Source of the DNA: a virus
Length of the DNA: 64,000 nucleotides
Strand: one strand, 5' to 3'
Virus record (IMG/VR): IMGVR_UViG_3300042472_000301
Span: 1 to 64,000 of that record
Made by a program: the position numbers and the translations under genes. This document shows, one piece after another, positions 43,307 through 53,646 of this stretch (within the stretch, counting starts at the first letter, position 1; each line of letters opens with the position of its first letter). The notes beneath the pieces were generated by a model, which had not been told where the DNA came from, did no database searches, and saw only the letters and a program-made list of their open reading frames with translations.

Positions 43307-46300
43307 AGTACGCATTAGACAAAATGTTGCCGTTGAGAGCTTTTCAAGGGCGCGGTACGCCTATTGGCGGACGTGGTCTACGGTTATATGGTGATGGCGG
43401 TTACACTTCAGGCAATTACGACCCTAATTGGCTTGACAATACATTTCCAGAACCTGCTCCCTCTTATCAAGCCCCTGCCGACGCTGCGCCTGCGCCTGCT
43501 CCTGCCAATCAGTGGCAGCAAACGGTTAGCGACATCTATCAGCAAGAGTTTGGCAGAGCCCCTGACGCGAGCGGCATGGAGTCATTTAGCGCTGCGTTAA
43601 ATTCGGGCATGACGGGCGAGCAGATGCGTGAGACGCTCAGATCGAGCGCTGAAGGTCAGTCTTACGGTTTGTCACCAGACACGGGCGGTGGCGCGTTACC
43701 GACTGCCCTTACCCCAACCGAAGACTGGCAGTATCAGCCAGAGTCCTACGCCGAGTTCACAAACGCTTACTCTGCACCCTATTATTTGGACGTAAACAGT
43801 GGCGAAAGACAGGACGTAGCGCCTGTTCAGTATTCAGGTATTAACCTAGTTGACCCAAACACCTTGGCGCAGCATTTAGCACCAAACTTTGAAGGCACGC
43901 CAACGCAGTTTTACGACGAGCAAGGCAACTTGAAGGGCGTCCTAGTTGACACGGTTCGTGCGGGGTTGGGTACACGAGAAGGTGAGTTAATTCTTGACCC
44001 AATGTCCCTTGGACTGGCACTTAAACCGAACGAGACAGCATCGCTTGACAGCAAAATTCAGCAGCGCAACGAGCAGGGTCAGTTGTTGTTTGTTGACCCT
44101 TTGACGGGTGGCACAACAATCTATAACACTGGTGTGCCTGCTGAAACTGGCAGCACGGTTAAAGATCTGCTGTACATAAACGAAAGAAAGTACGGCGGCC
44201 AGATTCCTGCCGATATGGCGCAAGGTGCGTTACTACTTGCCGCTACGATGGCCACAGGCGGCGTTGGTGGCGCGTTGATGAACGCCGCAGGATTTGGTGC
44301 AGGGGCGGGTCTAACTGCAGCAGAAGCAGCTACTTTAATGGGCGGCACTCTTTCTGAAGCAGGCGCTGCAGCAACTATGGGCGGTCAACTCGCCTCTCAA
44401 GGCATCAACTGGGGCGCTGCTGCAACGCAGGCCGCAAAGACCGCTGCAATCAACGCCGCAGTTACCGCTGCACAAGGCGGCAACGTTGGCGACGTGCTAA
44501 AGGCAGGCGCTTTGGGTGCCGTTGCAGGTGGCGCAGGCGTTGCAGGCGCTGACTTGTTAGGCGGTGGCACACTTGCTCAGATTGGCACCCAGACTGCGAT
44601 TGCAACGGCAATTGCTGCCGCAAGGGGTCAAGATCCGCTCCAAGCAGCGCTGAGCGGTGCCATCACGGCAACGCTTTCAACCGTTATCCCTGCAGGCACA
44701 TCAGACGTATTGAACGGTGCGGGCATTACAGACCCTAGCATTCAGAAAGCAATTAACTCGGCGATTTCTAGCTCTGTTGTTGCGGCCGTCAGAGGCGGCG
44801 ATATTGGCACGGCTGCAATCATGGGCGCGGTCAACTCAGCGTTGACAAGCGTTGCGGGCATGATCGGCAACAGCCAAGTCGTGCAGGACATTAAAGCCAA
44901 CATCACAAACGCACTCACATCAACCATTGACTCAGTCAAGTACGAGATAGGCGCAACAAACGCTCAGGCGCTGCCTATTGAGGGGTCAAACAGGTCGCCC
45001 GTTGGCACTGAATTAGACACAGCGCCTTATGATGCAGATGCAGAGCTTGATAGAGTTATTCAGAACCTGCCTAGCAGCGCCTCGGGCGTTGAGTACATAT
45101 CTGCTGCGCCCCCTTTAGTGCAACAGGCAATCAATCAGAACACAAGCAATCCAGAGGATTTAAATCAGTTCTTTGCTAACTACACACCTAACGTTGGTGC
45201 GCCCTTAGGCACTTATGCCGGCGCTGTGACGAGTGATGTAAACCCGCCTGCCTTATCCTCTGGCGATGACTACATATATTACCGAGATGCTCAAGGCAAC
45301 GAGGTGTACGGACCAAGGAGCATGGCTCCTAGCACCGATACCACCGCGGGCAGCTTCTTAGGCGAGTACGGTGACTTAGCGCCGGCACAGAGTAGATTGG
45401 CGACTTTTGGCCAAGGCGTTGCCTCGGCTTTAGACAACACAGTGGGCGCTATCATACCTAGCGTTGCCCAGATGGCGTCTTACCTTGGTCTGCGAACGGG
45501 CGACCAAATAGCCCAACTGACTGCGTCTATGATTGGCAAGGACTACCAAGCCAACCCAGAGCTGATGCGTGAAATATCGAACAGGGTAGCCGAGGCGCTT
45601 AGTAACCCGTTTGGTAAGGCGTTTGGCGTAACTAACACCTCGGGCTACACGAGCGAGGCAAGCGGTCAAGCCCTACGTTTTATCAGCGAGAACTTAGATA
45701 AGGGCGCTGATTATTTGGCTGAGAAGACAGGCTTGCCCGCGGGCGATATCCGGTTAATAACAGACTCTATTTTGATGCGCCCCGGTACCGCCCTATCTAC
45801 GGTTAGAGAGGCCGGTGCGGCCGTCAAAGACGTTGGTCGTGGCTACGCTGATGCAGCCACAGGCGTTGTGAACGAAAGCCCCACAGGCGCTTACAACTTA
45901 GGCGCTACCGTTGCTGACTTGACTCGAGCGCCAGACACTAGCTTGATGCGTGGTGATCCCCCTACAAGAAACATCAACCTCGGTGAGATCATTGACGAGG
46001 CACCATCTTATGTAAGCCCTGAGAGGTTGTCAGCACCTGCGCCTGCTTTGGGTTATACACCAGCCGAAGTGGTTGCACCGTCTAGAGACGTTGCAAGCAT
46101 TTTTAATGACGCATTTGATGCGGCTGATCGTATTCCGACTTACGACGTACCTGAGGTATCAAGAGCCGCGCCTGTCACGCAGCTTGCGCCTGAGTCTCGT
46201 GGTGCGTTACCTACAACGCTTGCAGAGCCCACAGTTAGTCCAATAAACTTAGGCCCACGGCTCGATGCAAACTCGTTGGCAACCATCACCGAGCTCAAGA

Positions 46301-47784
46301 GCGTTATTGATCAAAGCAGAGACGGTCGCGCTGAGCCGCAACGGCAGGCTGAGAAGTCGTTGATTGACACTACGGTTAAGACTTACGCGCCAGAGGGCGT
46401 TAAGCCGTCTGTTATAGATTTTTGGAATAAAACGTTTACTGAGGGTGCGTACTCTGACGACGTTATTGACGGTATTAAAAACACCTTTGATAATAAAGCC
46501 GCCCCACCAGAGGTCATCTTAAAGCAGGTTGATAAAGCTACTGACCCGCTTAGCGCTGACGAGAAACTACCCGCTAAGCTAGAGATGCTCAGTAACGCAT
46601 CCAAGCTCGGTATCACGCCCGCTGAGGCGATTAAGCTTGGGTTGCTAAATAACAACGGCACAAAGACTGAGCTAGGCGAGATGGTTTCGCCTACGCCTAA
46701 ACCGCAGCCTAAGCCACAACCTAAACCTCAACCAGAGTCTGTGGCACCGCTCAGGCCAGTCAGGCCAGTGCTGCCAGTTAAGCCTGTTCTGCCGCCTAAC
46801 CCACCGCCGCCAGCTGTCTATCCACCGCCGAGCGTCAACCCGCCTATACCAACACCGCCAAGCGTCATCCCACCGATTGACGTAGTACCCCCAATCAATA
46901 TAAACCCACCTATCCCAACCCCACCACCCTTGGTTCAGGCAGCGATCACGCCACCTACGGTTGCGCCTAAAGCATCAGCACAGGGCGCTGCGATGACTCC
47001 ATCGTATATGTACGCAGGTGCTCAAGGCTCGGGTCCGGGGGCGTTGCCCGGTAACTTACAAAGTACATTCTTGCAAGGTGTGAACGTGAACGAATACAAC
47101 CCATTTGAGAACTACAACGTCTATCAGCAACTAGGCTCACCAGCGCCTGTACGCGCCGCTGAGGGTGGTAGCCCGCTACAGCTTGCGCAGATGCAACAAA
47201 GCGTCTCTGGGGTTGATCCAAGACTCTACAGCGTGCTGCAAAAACGCCAAGCACCTAACTACTTCACCTACGGTCAAGATGCGTCTGGCGGCAATCCTAC
47301 GACGTTTGCGGGTAGCCAATTGATGGGCAAGCCAACACCCGGCATCCCAGTGATCCCCACGGGTCAAAAAGCAGCAGCCGACTGGCTCTACCAAGGCTCG
47401 GGCACCAACCCTCTTGCAATGGCTGGTACAGGAATTGCCAACCTACCCACTGGCATGATGGCAGAGGGTGGGCAGGCTCATGGCGGCGAGGACGAGCATA
47501 TTCCTGAGTTCATCACGGGTGCGACTGGGCACTACGTCAGGGGGCGCGGCGACGGGCAGTCAGACGACATCCCCGCAATGTTGGCAGACGGCGAGTACGT
47601 CTTTGACGCATCGACCGTGTCAACGCTTGGCAATGGCTCATCTGACGCAGGCGCTAAGCTCCTAGACGCGTTTCGCGAGTCGCTCAGAGATCACACGAGG
47701 TCAGCACCCGCTGATAAAATACCACCAAAAGCGTCGCCTCTTGAGTACATGAAAGAAGCGCTACAAAACGTAGGAAGGAAATAA
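43303..47784 (+). CDS. Very large internal virion / ejection protein (~1490 aa) with DUF4214-like module
   Basis: IYQQEFGRAPD.SG...; Gly/Ala hydrophobic tract; Pro-rich linker; C-terminal G.GDGQSDDIPAMLADGEYV. Confidence 0.75.
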   Translation: MKYALDKMLPLRAFQGRGTPIGGRGLRLYGDGGYTSGNYDPNWLDNTFPEPAPSYQAPADAAPAPAPANQWQQTVSDIYQQEFGRAPDASGMESFSAALNSGMTGEQMRETLRSSAEGQSYGLSPDTGGGALPTALTPTEDWQYQPESYAEFTNAYSAPYYLDVNSGERQDVAPVQYSGINLVDPNTLAQHLAPNFEGTPTQFYDEQGNLKGVLVDTVRAGLGTREGELILDPMSLGLALKPNETASLDSKIQQRNEQGQLLFVDPLTGGTTIYNTGVPAETGSTVKDLLYINERKYGGQIPADMAQGALLLAATMATGGVGGALMNAAGFGAGAGLTAAEAATLMGGTLSEAGAAATMGGQLASQGINWGAAATQAAKTAAINAAVTAAQGGNVGDVLKAGALGAVAGGAGVAGADLLGGGTLAQIGTQTAIATAIAAARGQDPLQAALSGAITATLSTVIPAGTSDVLNGAGITDPSIQKAINSAISSSVVAAVRGGDIGTAAIMGAVNSALTSVAGMIGNSQVVQDIKANITNALTSTIDSVKYEIGATNAQALPIEGSNRSPVGTELDTAPYDADAELDRVIQNLPSSASGVEYISAAPPLVQQAINQNTSNPEDLNQFFANYTPNVGAPLGTYAGAVTSDVNPPALSSGDDYIYYRDAQGNEVYGPRSMAPSTDTTAGSFLGEYGDLAPAQSRLATFGQGVASALDNTVGAIIPSVAQMASYLGLRTGDQIAQLTASMIGKDYQANPELMREISNRVAEALSNPFGKAFGVTNTSGYTSEASGQALRFISENLDKGADYLAEKTGLPAGDIRLITDSILMRPGTALSTVREAGAAVKDVGRGYADAATGVVNESPTGAYNLGATVADLTRAPDTSLMRGDPPTRNINLGEIIDEAPSYVSPERLSAPAPALGYTPAEVVAPSRDVASIFNDAFDAADRIPTYDVPEVSRAAPVTQLAPESRGALPTTLAEPTVSPINLGPRLDANSLATITELKSVIDQSRDGRAEPQRQAEKSLIDTTVKTYAPEGVKPSVIDFWNKTFTEGAYSDDVIDGIKNTFDNKAAPPEVILKQVDKATDPLSADEKLPAKLEMLSNASKLGITPAEAIKLGLLNNNGTKTELGEMVSPTPKPQPKPQPKPQPESVAPLRPVRPVLPVKPVLPPNPPPPAVYPPPSVNPPIPTPPSVIPPIDVVPPININPPIPTPPPLVQAAITPPTVAPKASAQGAAMTPSYMYAGAQGSGPGALPGNLQSTFLQGVNVNEYNPFENYNVYQQLGSPAPVRAAEGGSPLQLAQMQQSVSGVDPRLYSVLQKRQAPNYFTYGQDASGGNPTTFAGSQLMGKPTPGIPVIPTGQKAAADWLYQGSGTNPLAMAGTGIANLPTGMMAEGGQAHGGEDEHIPEFITGATGHYVRGRGDGQSDDIPAMLADGEYVFDASTVSTLGNGSSDAGAKLLDAFRESLRDHTRSAPADKIPPKASPLEYMKEALQNVGRK

Positions 47785-47786
47785 TC

Positions 47787-48941
47787 ATGGCTGACATTGA
47801 TCTGACAACTTTTGACCCGACGTCTGTGCCAGTCTCCCCACTGACTGCCGCGGCGGCTACTCCTGCGGCACCCACACCGGGCGCAACGTTCAACGCCGCG
47901 ACGGGTCCGAACCTGACCGCTGCGCCGTCAAACTATGTGACCCCGCCTCAGTTGGGCACACCCTCTACGCCATCAAGCGGATCGTTCACGCAGGGTGCGG
48001 CGCTTCCTAGCATCACGACTACGCAGCAGCAGGCTACAGCGGCTCCTGCGTGGTACATGGACTACCTAAACAACTTAGCCGGCACGAGCACCCAAGCTGG
48101 TGCAAACGCTCAGTACATTGGTGCGCAGCCCCTGCAGCAGCAGGCGTTTAATCAGACGGCTGCAAACGTGGGTAACTACCAGCCTAATCTAGCCTCTGCC
48201 AACGCGCTCACGATGAACGCCGCGACGACGGGTGCGCCTGACTTAGCTCAAGGCTACATGAACCCGTACATGCGAAACGTCGTTGATGAGGCAGGTCGCT
48301 TAGGTTTACAAAACATTCGCAACACGATCTCGCCTCAGGCAACTGCTGGTGCGGTGGGTAGCGGTCAGTTTGGCTCGACTCGTGGTGCTAACGTGCTCGG
48401 TCAGAACGTCACTAACGCTCTGCAGACGCTCGGCGGTCAGCAGCAGGGCTTGCTCGCGAGCGGTTACCAGAACGCGCTGACCGCAGCGCAGGCTGATCTG
48501 CAGCGTCAGATGATGGGCGGCTCTCAGATGGGTGCCTTAGGCACCACGACGCAGAACTTGGGCATGGGTGACGTGAACGCGCTCAGCACGATGGGCGGTC
48601 AGCAGCAGCAGATGGCTCAGAACCAGCAGCTGTTCCCGTTGCAGGTTGCAGCGCAGCAAGCAGCTCTGATGAAAGGTTTCACGATTCCGACGTCTGTGTC
48701 GTCTACGTACACAGGTCCAATACCGGGCGCGTATCAGACCTCGCCGCTCATGCAGCTCGGCTCGTTGGGTACAGGCGTTGCTGGCTTGTTTCAGACGCCT
48801 TCAGGCGGTGGTAAAAACACTATTAGCAACATTGGCGATTGGCTGAGCAAGACTTTTGGTAGCAGCGGTGGAGGTGGCGGTAGCGGGTCGTTTGACCCAA
48901 GTACAGCCACAGACATTGGTCAGATATCACCCGGCGATTAA
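47787..48941 (+). CDS. DNA ejection protein
   Basis: YMNPY...V, G.FGSTR, Gln/Gly-rich. Confidence 0.72.
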   Translation: MADIDLTTFDPTSVPVSPLTAAAATPAAPTPGATFNAATGPNLTAAPSNYVTPPQLGTPSTPSSGSFTQGAALPSITTTQQQATAAPAWYMDYLNNLAGTSTQAGANAQYIGAQPLQQQAFNQTAANVGNYQPNLASANALTMNAATTGAPDLAQGYMNPYMRNVVDEAGRLGLQNIRNTISPQATAGAVGSGQFGSTRGANVLGQNVTNALQTLGGQQQGLLASGYQNALTAAQADLQRQMMGGSQMGALGTTTQNLGMGDVNALSTMGGQQQQMAQNQQLFPLQVAAQQAALMKGFTIPTSVSSTYTGPIPGAYQTSPLMQLGSLGTGVAGLFQTPSGGGKNTISNIGDWLSKTFGSSGGGGGSGSFDPSTATDIGQISPGD

Positions 48942-48957
48942 ATTGAAGGAATAAATC

Positions 48958-50586
48958 ATGGCTCTCCCAACAACAGCACTACCCGCCGCGCCAACAGGCA
49001 TGAGCTTGGCTGATCCTGACATTCAGAAGCAGTACTCCGAGTCGGTTGACAAGGTGCTCGCTGCGCTTGAAAACAGGGGCAGCTCTATACCTTGGTTCAA
49101 GATCTCTGCAGCCTTGGCAGACCCCGGTCGCACAGGCTCGGCTGCTGAGGGCTTTGGTCGCGCAATGGGCGTTCTTGGTCAGCAGCGCGAAGTGGAAGAA
49201 CAACAAGCCCTGCCAATCGCCCAGATGCGTGCGCAGTTGGTTGGCCAGAAGTACGAGATGGGTAAGGAGGCGCAAGCCCTTAACGCGTTTGCTAAGGTGC
49301 TCGGCACGACCCCGCAAGACATTCAGTCAGGCATCTCTCAGGCACGGACCAACCCCGCCATGATGCAGCGCCTGAACGCCGCGATGCCGTTGTTTTACGG
49401 TTCGCCCAAGATTACGGAACTAGCCAAGACCATGTTCGGCCAGTACAAGGACATGGCAAACACGCTGCTTGAAGAGTTCAAGGCGGGCATGACGCAGGCC
49501 GACTTGATTGCTAAGTATGGTCCTGAGATCGTTCCGATGATCCGTGGCATGGGCGGCATTCAACCGAGCGGGGCTGGGCAACCACGGGCAACCCCTGCAG
49601 GTGGCGGCACTGCCGAACCCGCGCCCACTGGCAACGGTATGATGGGCGAACCTCCCCCAAGAGCAGCAGGCGAAGAGGCTGACTTTCATGGCACTGAACA
49701 AAACAATAGACCTGCCGCACCTGCCGCAGCACCAACTCCCGCGGCTACTACTGGCACAGTCAGAACGGCCACCGAGGCTCTTGGTCCGATTAGGGTTGAA
49801 GGTAACCGCATCATTGCCCCGGATGGGGAAGTGCTGGCCGAGCGGGGGTCAACAACGCTTGCCACTTGGCAAGACACAATAAAAACGACCCGTGCAGAAT
49901 ACGATAAGCGCAGGGCTGAGACTATTAAGTTTGAGCGCGATCAGATTGCGAACGCCAGTAAAGAACGCGGAGAGAGTTTTGCGCCAAGAATCAAGGAGGT
50001 CGGCACGATCAACCCCGACGACATCATGCGCACACAGGGTCTGTATGACTCGCTTGATAACCTCGTCAACAGTGACCCCGACATGAAGAAGGCGCTCGGC
50101 TTGATGTTCAAGCAGGGTGCTGGTGCTGCGATGTATGAGCTGGCAAAGAGCGGGGTCAAGGTCAACAACTTTGGCATCGGTGTCGACGCCTATCCTGCGT
50201 TTGTAAAACAATTGCCACCCGAAAAGCAGGAGAAGCTGCGTCAGATGGATATGATTCTGTCAACCATCTTTATACAGAAGGCTAAGGACGGCAAGTCGGC
50301 GTTCGGCCCGGCCATCAGTAACTTTGACGTGCTCACGCAGAAAGAGCAGATGGCATCGATTCGCGACACGGCCAAGATCATCAACAGCTGGTTGGCTCAG
50401 GAGCGCGCGTTGGCCGACCAGAGGCTTGAAATTGCCGGCGCGTTTGGCGACTACGTGACGTCCACCGAGGGCACGAACAAGAAGCCGTACCAGTTCTTTA
50501 CCTCGCAGGAGTACAAGGATATTGCCAAGAAGTACGGCCAGCTTTATCGTGACCTAGCAATCACCACATACGGAGCGCCCAAATAA
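48958..50586 (+). CDS. Internal virion / ejection protein
   Basis: Position; GPAISNFD motif. Confidence 0.68.
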   Translation: MALPTTALPAAPTGMSLADPDIQKQYSESVDKVLAALENRGSSIPWFKISAALADPGRTGSAAEGFGRAMGVLGQQREVEEQQALPIAQMRAQLVGQKYEMGKEAQALNAFAKVLGTTPQDIQSGISQARTNPAMMQRLNAAMPLFYGSPKITELAKTMFGQYKDMANTLLEEFKAGMTQADLIAKYGPEIVPMIRGMGGIQPSGAGQPRATPAGGGTAEPAPTGNGMMGEPPPRAAGEEADFHGTEQNNRPAAPAAAPTPAATTGTVRTATEALGPIRVEGNRIIAPDGEVLAERGSTTLATWQDTIKTTRAEYDKRRAETIKFERDQIANASKERGESFAPRIKEVGTINPDDIMRTQGLYDSLDNLVNSDPDMKKALGLMFKQGAGAAMYELAKSGVKVNNFGIGVDAYPAFVKQLPPEKQEKLRQMDMILSTIFIQKAKDGKSAFGPAISNFDVLTQKEQMASIRDTAKIINSWLAQERALADQRLEIAGAFGDYVTSTEGTNKKPYQFFTSQEYKDIAKKYGQLYRDLAITTYGAPK

Positions 50587-51413
50587 TGGCTGACGAAAAA
50601 AAGTCCCCCTACGAGGAGGCCGCCGAGCGCCTGCGCGGCATGGGCGGCCACTACGCGACCCACGTTGACCGCATGGAGGAGTCGTTCAAGGAACCCACCA
50701 CCGGATCCGACATCGACGCCAACTTGGTGCCCGCAGGCATCGGTGCTGTAATGGGTGCCCCTGTGGCGGCCTACAGGGCGCTTCGACCAACACCTGCACC
50801 CACGGCCTCAGTGGCCGACATCGCACGCACTGTGGCCGCCGAGGGCGCCCCTGCGGCCGCTGGCGCGCCCGGCGCTATGCCCAGAGCCACGGGACGTGGT
50901 GCCGCGGTCATCAACTACGCAAACCAAGTGACCCCCGCAATTACTAACCTTGAGGCCTCCCGAGCTGGTAACTACGGCGCAGTGTGGGACGAGGCTCGCA
51001 GGGCGCAGGCGCTTGCTAGCCAGACGCGGGGCTTCGTGCCCGGTGAGAACCTGATGCTGCCGCGTGAAATTCAAGAGCAGCAGGCCGCGCGTCAGGCGGT
51101 CGAGGCACGCAGGGCGGCTAATCCATCGGCAAGTCAGACCATTAGAAACGTTATAGGCGGTGCTGGCGACATTTTGGCAAAGAGCAAGGTGATGCCGATT
51201 GTGGGTGGCGCGGCCTCGGGCTACGACATTGCAAGCGCAATTGACGAATACAACCAAGGTGACTACGCTAACGCGGCCATATCAGGATTAGGCGGCGCAG
51301 GCGGGCTCATGATGATGTCGCGCAATCCACTGCGCATCGGCGCGGGTGCGTTGATGCAGGCACCTGCGCTCGCTCGCGCTGGCTACAGGTACCTCACAAA
51401 GCCTAAGGAGTAG
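50586..51413 (+). CDS. Putative internal virion protein
   Basis: Last + strand gene; Gly/Ala hydrophobic C-terminus. Confidence 0.6.
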   Translation: MADEKKSPYEEAAERLRGMGGHYATHVDRMEESFKEPTTGSDIDANLVPAGIGAVMGAPVAAYRALRPTPAPTASVADIARTVAAEGAPAAAGAPGAMPRATGRGAAVINYANQVTPAITNLEASRAGNYGAVWDEARRAQALASQTRGFVPGENLMLPREIQEQQAARQAVEARRAANPSASQTIRNVIGGAGDILAKSKVMPIVGGAASGYDIASAIDEYNQGDYANAAISGLGGAGGLMMMSRNPLRIGAGALMQAPALARAGYRYLTKPKE

Positions 51414-51546
51414 GTTTTTCCTGTGTAATGCGCGCCTGCTCCCACGCCTCTAGCCAGATGTTGTAGGGGTCCTCGAGCAGGTCGCGTGCGTTGGCGTCGT
51501 CGAGCAGTTTGAGCCAGTCTTGGTATGCCTGTTCACATTCGTTCAA
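51403..51546 (-). CDS. Small acidic hypothetical protein (47 aa, TTG start)
   Basis: Read by hand; GGAG RBS. Confidence 0.5.
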   Translation of the reverse strand: MNECEQAYQDWLKLLDDANARDLLEDPYNIWLEAWEQARITQEKPTP

Positions 51547-51754
51547 GGTATTTCTCCAGTTTGGTAAATTTATCAGCGCTTGGCTCGTACTTGCCCAAGA
51601 ACCACGCGTACACCGCGGTGCGTGACACCTCTAGGTGATCGGCAATATCCACAATGCTCACGTCAAGCTCGATGGCCTTCATGGCCAAGCGTGTGAAGGG
51701 CGTGAAGGGCGTGTCGTTGATCTGCTTGATCAGTGATAGCGAGTAGCCGGCCAC
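51533..51754 (-). CDS. XRE/Cro-type HTH protein
   Basis: IVDIADHLEVSRTAVYAWFLGKYEP; likely GTG start at 51754. Confidence 0.78.
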   Translation of the reverse strand: MAGYSLSLIKQINDTPFTPFTRLAMKAIELDVSIVDIADHLEVSRTAVYAWFLGKYEPSADKFTKLEKYLERM

Positions 51755-51897
51755 TACGAGCTCCCCTGCTCGGCAATCATCTTTTGCGCCATCTCGTTGG
51801 CCAAGTGCGGGATTAAATCCCAAGGCACCTTGGCGGCCGTTATCAGGGCCTGCATCGCCATGCCGGCGTACAGTTTGAACAGCTCGTCGTCATTCAT
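51754..51897 (-). CDS. Small hypothetical protein (YAGMAMQAL family)
   Basis: Common phage motif; ATG at 51897. Confidence 0.65.
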   Translation of the reverse strand: MNDDELFKLYAGMAMQALITAAKVPWDLIPHLANEMAQKMIAEQGSS

Positions 51898-52114
51898 CGT
51901 GATTCCAAAAAATAATAGGGGTGGCTTCACCGTGGTAACCGCCCTCGATGTTGAAGTCGCAGTACTCGCGTGCCTCACCCTGCGGCATGTCTCGCATGAG
52001 CAGCTTGATGATCTTCTCGCCGTCGTAGACTGCCCGGGTGACACGGTTACCGTCCGGTTGCCAAACTTCGGCTGTGCCAACTAGGGCGCTTTCAAGCCCG
52101 TCAAATGTTTTCAT
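51890..52114 (-). CDS. Hypothetical phage protein (DG...A.VG...AVYD...FNIEG.Y.G family)
   Basis: Recurring phage motif. Confidence 0.72.
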   Translation of the reverse strand: MKTFDGLESALVGTAEVWQPDGNRVTRAVYDGEKIIKLLMRDMPQGEAREYCDFNIEGGYHGEATPIIFWNHDE

Positions 52115-52364
52115 CGCTCACCTCAATAAGTTTCTGTAGGTAGTGCTGCGCCTTCTTCAGGTCCTCAACGCCGCCCTTGTCCTTCCACCTACTAACGTAC
52201 TTCACTACGTTGCCCTCTAGATAGCCCAAGTTGTTGGCGATGATGTAATCCCACGGCTGTATGGCCTTGACTGCGTAGTGTGCGCCACCTACTTGTTGCG
52301 CGTTGGCGCGTATTGCTGCGCCTATTTGCGCAATACCTTTTAACTCTTGCTCGTTCAGTTCCAT
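52101..52364 (-). CDS. DUF3310 (SaV-like / T7 gp1.7-related) protein
   Basis: QVGG.HY, IQPWD, GNVVKY..R...K.G.EDL.KA.HY. Confidence 0.88.
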   Translation of the reverse strand: MELNEQELKGIAQIGAAIRANAQQVGGAHYAVKAIQPWDYIIANNLGYLEGNVVKYVSRWKDKGGVEDLKKAQHYLQKLIEVSDENI

Positions 52365-52374
52365 GTCGGACCCC

Positions 52375-52668
52375 TTAACCATGCCGCTGCTTCGTTAGCC
52401 TATCGCGGATCTGCGTTGCGAGCTGCTCGAGCGCCACGTCCAGCACCATCGGCACGTCCACACCATCGAGCCCCTTGCGCATCGCGTCAACGAGCTTGGC
52501 GCATTCGTCGCGCTCGATTGAAATCGCGGTCTTGGTCGTGTTGATCGCGATCTGCATGATCTCGGCCCGGGCAATTGCAAGGGACTGATCAAACTCCTCC
52601 TGCGTGAACAGCGTGGCACCTGTGCCGCGGGCAAAGAACTTCTTTTGAAAATCGGTTAGTTCTTTCAT
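52375..52668 (-). CDS. Hypothetical protein (ERDECAK motif)
   Basis: Coupled chain. Confidence 0.68.
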   Translation of the reverse strand: MKELTDFQKKFFARGTGATLFTQEEFDQSLAIARAEIMQIAINTTKTAISIERDECAKLVDAMRKGLDGVDVPMVLDVALEQLATQIRDRLTKQRHG

Positions 52669-52757
52669 TTAAACCACCATTTAAAAAATAATATCAGTGC
52701 GCACCATGCGCCGTAAAACCACATCATCCATATTGGCAGGTCAGCGGGGATGTTCAT
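52665..52757 (-). CDS. 30-aa hydrophobic peptide (MNIPADLPIWMMWFYGAWCALILFFKWWFK)
   Basis: Read by hand; fills the gap; ATGA overlap downstream. Confidence 0.5.
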   Translation of the reverse strand: MNIPADLPIWMMWFYGAWCALILFFKWWFK

Positions 52758-53046
52758 CTTTCTTCCTCTGCTCTGTATACATCCCTGCGCGATAGCCGAT
52801 CTCATACGCCTTGCGTAGCGTCATCATGCCCAGTTCGATTGCGTCACTCTCCGATATGAAGTGCAACGCACTCTCTTGTGCTGCGCGGCGTATGCTGTCC
52901 TCGACCCGCTGCTGTTGGGCGCGTTCAATTGCGTCAAAGGCTTCGTCTTCTTCAGTCATCGTTTTTGTCCTTGCTTTAATCACTTGTATGTGGTCAAACA
53001 TCTTTTTGCCAAGGTCGTAAAACTCCTTGTCCTTGTTATCTTTCAT
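52741..53046 (-). CDS. Hypothetical protein
   Basis: MTEEDEAF motif; coupled chain. Confidence 0.65.
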   Translation of the reverse strand: MKDNKDKEFYDLGKKMFDHIQVIKARTKTMTEEDEAFDAIERAQQQRVEDSIRRAAQESALHFISESDAIELGMMTLRKAYEIGYRAGMYTEQRKKDEHPR

Positions 53047-53258
53047 TCTTCCACCCCATCAATCCATTGATCCAGTTTGTCGTGCATCTCTTTGCGGCGA
53101 GCCTGCGCAATCGTCATGTCTTGACCGCCGACAATGACTTCTATGGTGTTTGCCATTTCATTTTCAAACTGCTCACCTTTTTTGAACATAATTTCTTGAG
53201 AAGTTGTGCCAACTGTAAAAACAATACCCTGCAAGTTAATTGCTGATTGGACTTTCAT
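53043..53258 (-). CDS. Hypothetical protein
   Basis: ATG at 53258 overlapping the upstream stop. Confidence 0.6.
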   Translation of the reverse strand: MKVQSAINLQGIVFTVGTTSQEIMFKKGEQFENEMANTIEVIVGGQDMTIAQARRKEMHDKLDQWIDGVEE

Positions 53259-53578
53259 GTGTTTAATTCCTTTAGTTTGGCTTCGATAGCAAGACACATT
53301 CGTTCGGGGTATCCAACATTTGCTGCAAAGATATGATTTATTTCTGTTCCGGTCAGCCCGACCCATTCACGCTTAGGCGCACGAACCTTTACAGTTAGTT
53401 CTTTGATTGCCTCGTCATAGCCATAACCAATCACTTGCGTTGCTACCTCATTGACTACATCTTCCATTTGTACAGCTAAACGTTTTTTGAGTTCCTCTCG
53501 CATTTGCCATTCGAGTGATGGTATTAAAATTGACAGCAGATCATCTGCCTTTGACTTACCTGATTTAAACAGACCCAT
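53255..53578 (-). CDS. Hypothetical modular protein (WVGLT..E...AIEAKLKE.N C-terminus)
   Basis: Common C-terminal module; AAGGAG RBS. Confidence 0.72.
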   Translation of the reverse strand: MGLFKSGKSKADDLLSILIPSLEWQMREELKKRLAVQMEDVVNEVATQVIGYGYDEAIKELTVKVRAPKREWVGLTGTEINHIFAANVGYPERMCLAIEAKLKELNT

Positions 53579-53579
53579 A

Positions 53580-53646
53580 ATTCTTCTCCTTTAGTTTGGC
53601 TTCAATAGCACGATAGCGCATCAATAATTAAGTCAATCTTGCTCAT
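53580..53646 (-). pseudogene. Deletion remnant: MSKIDLIIDAL start fused out of frame to an RAIEAKLKEKN end
   Basis: 14-codon ORF; 53588-53610 repeats 53269-53291. Confidence 0.55.
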
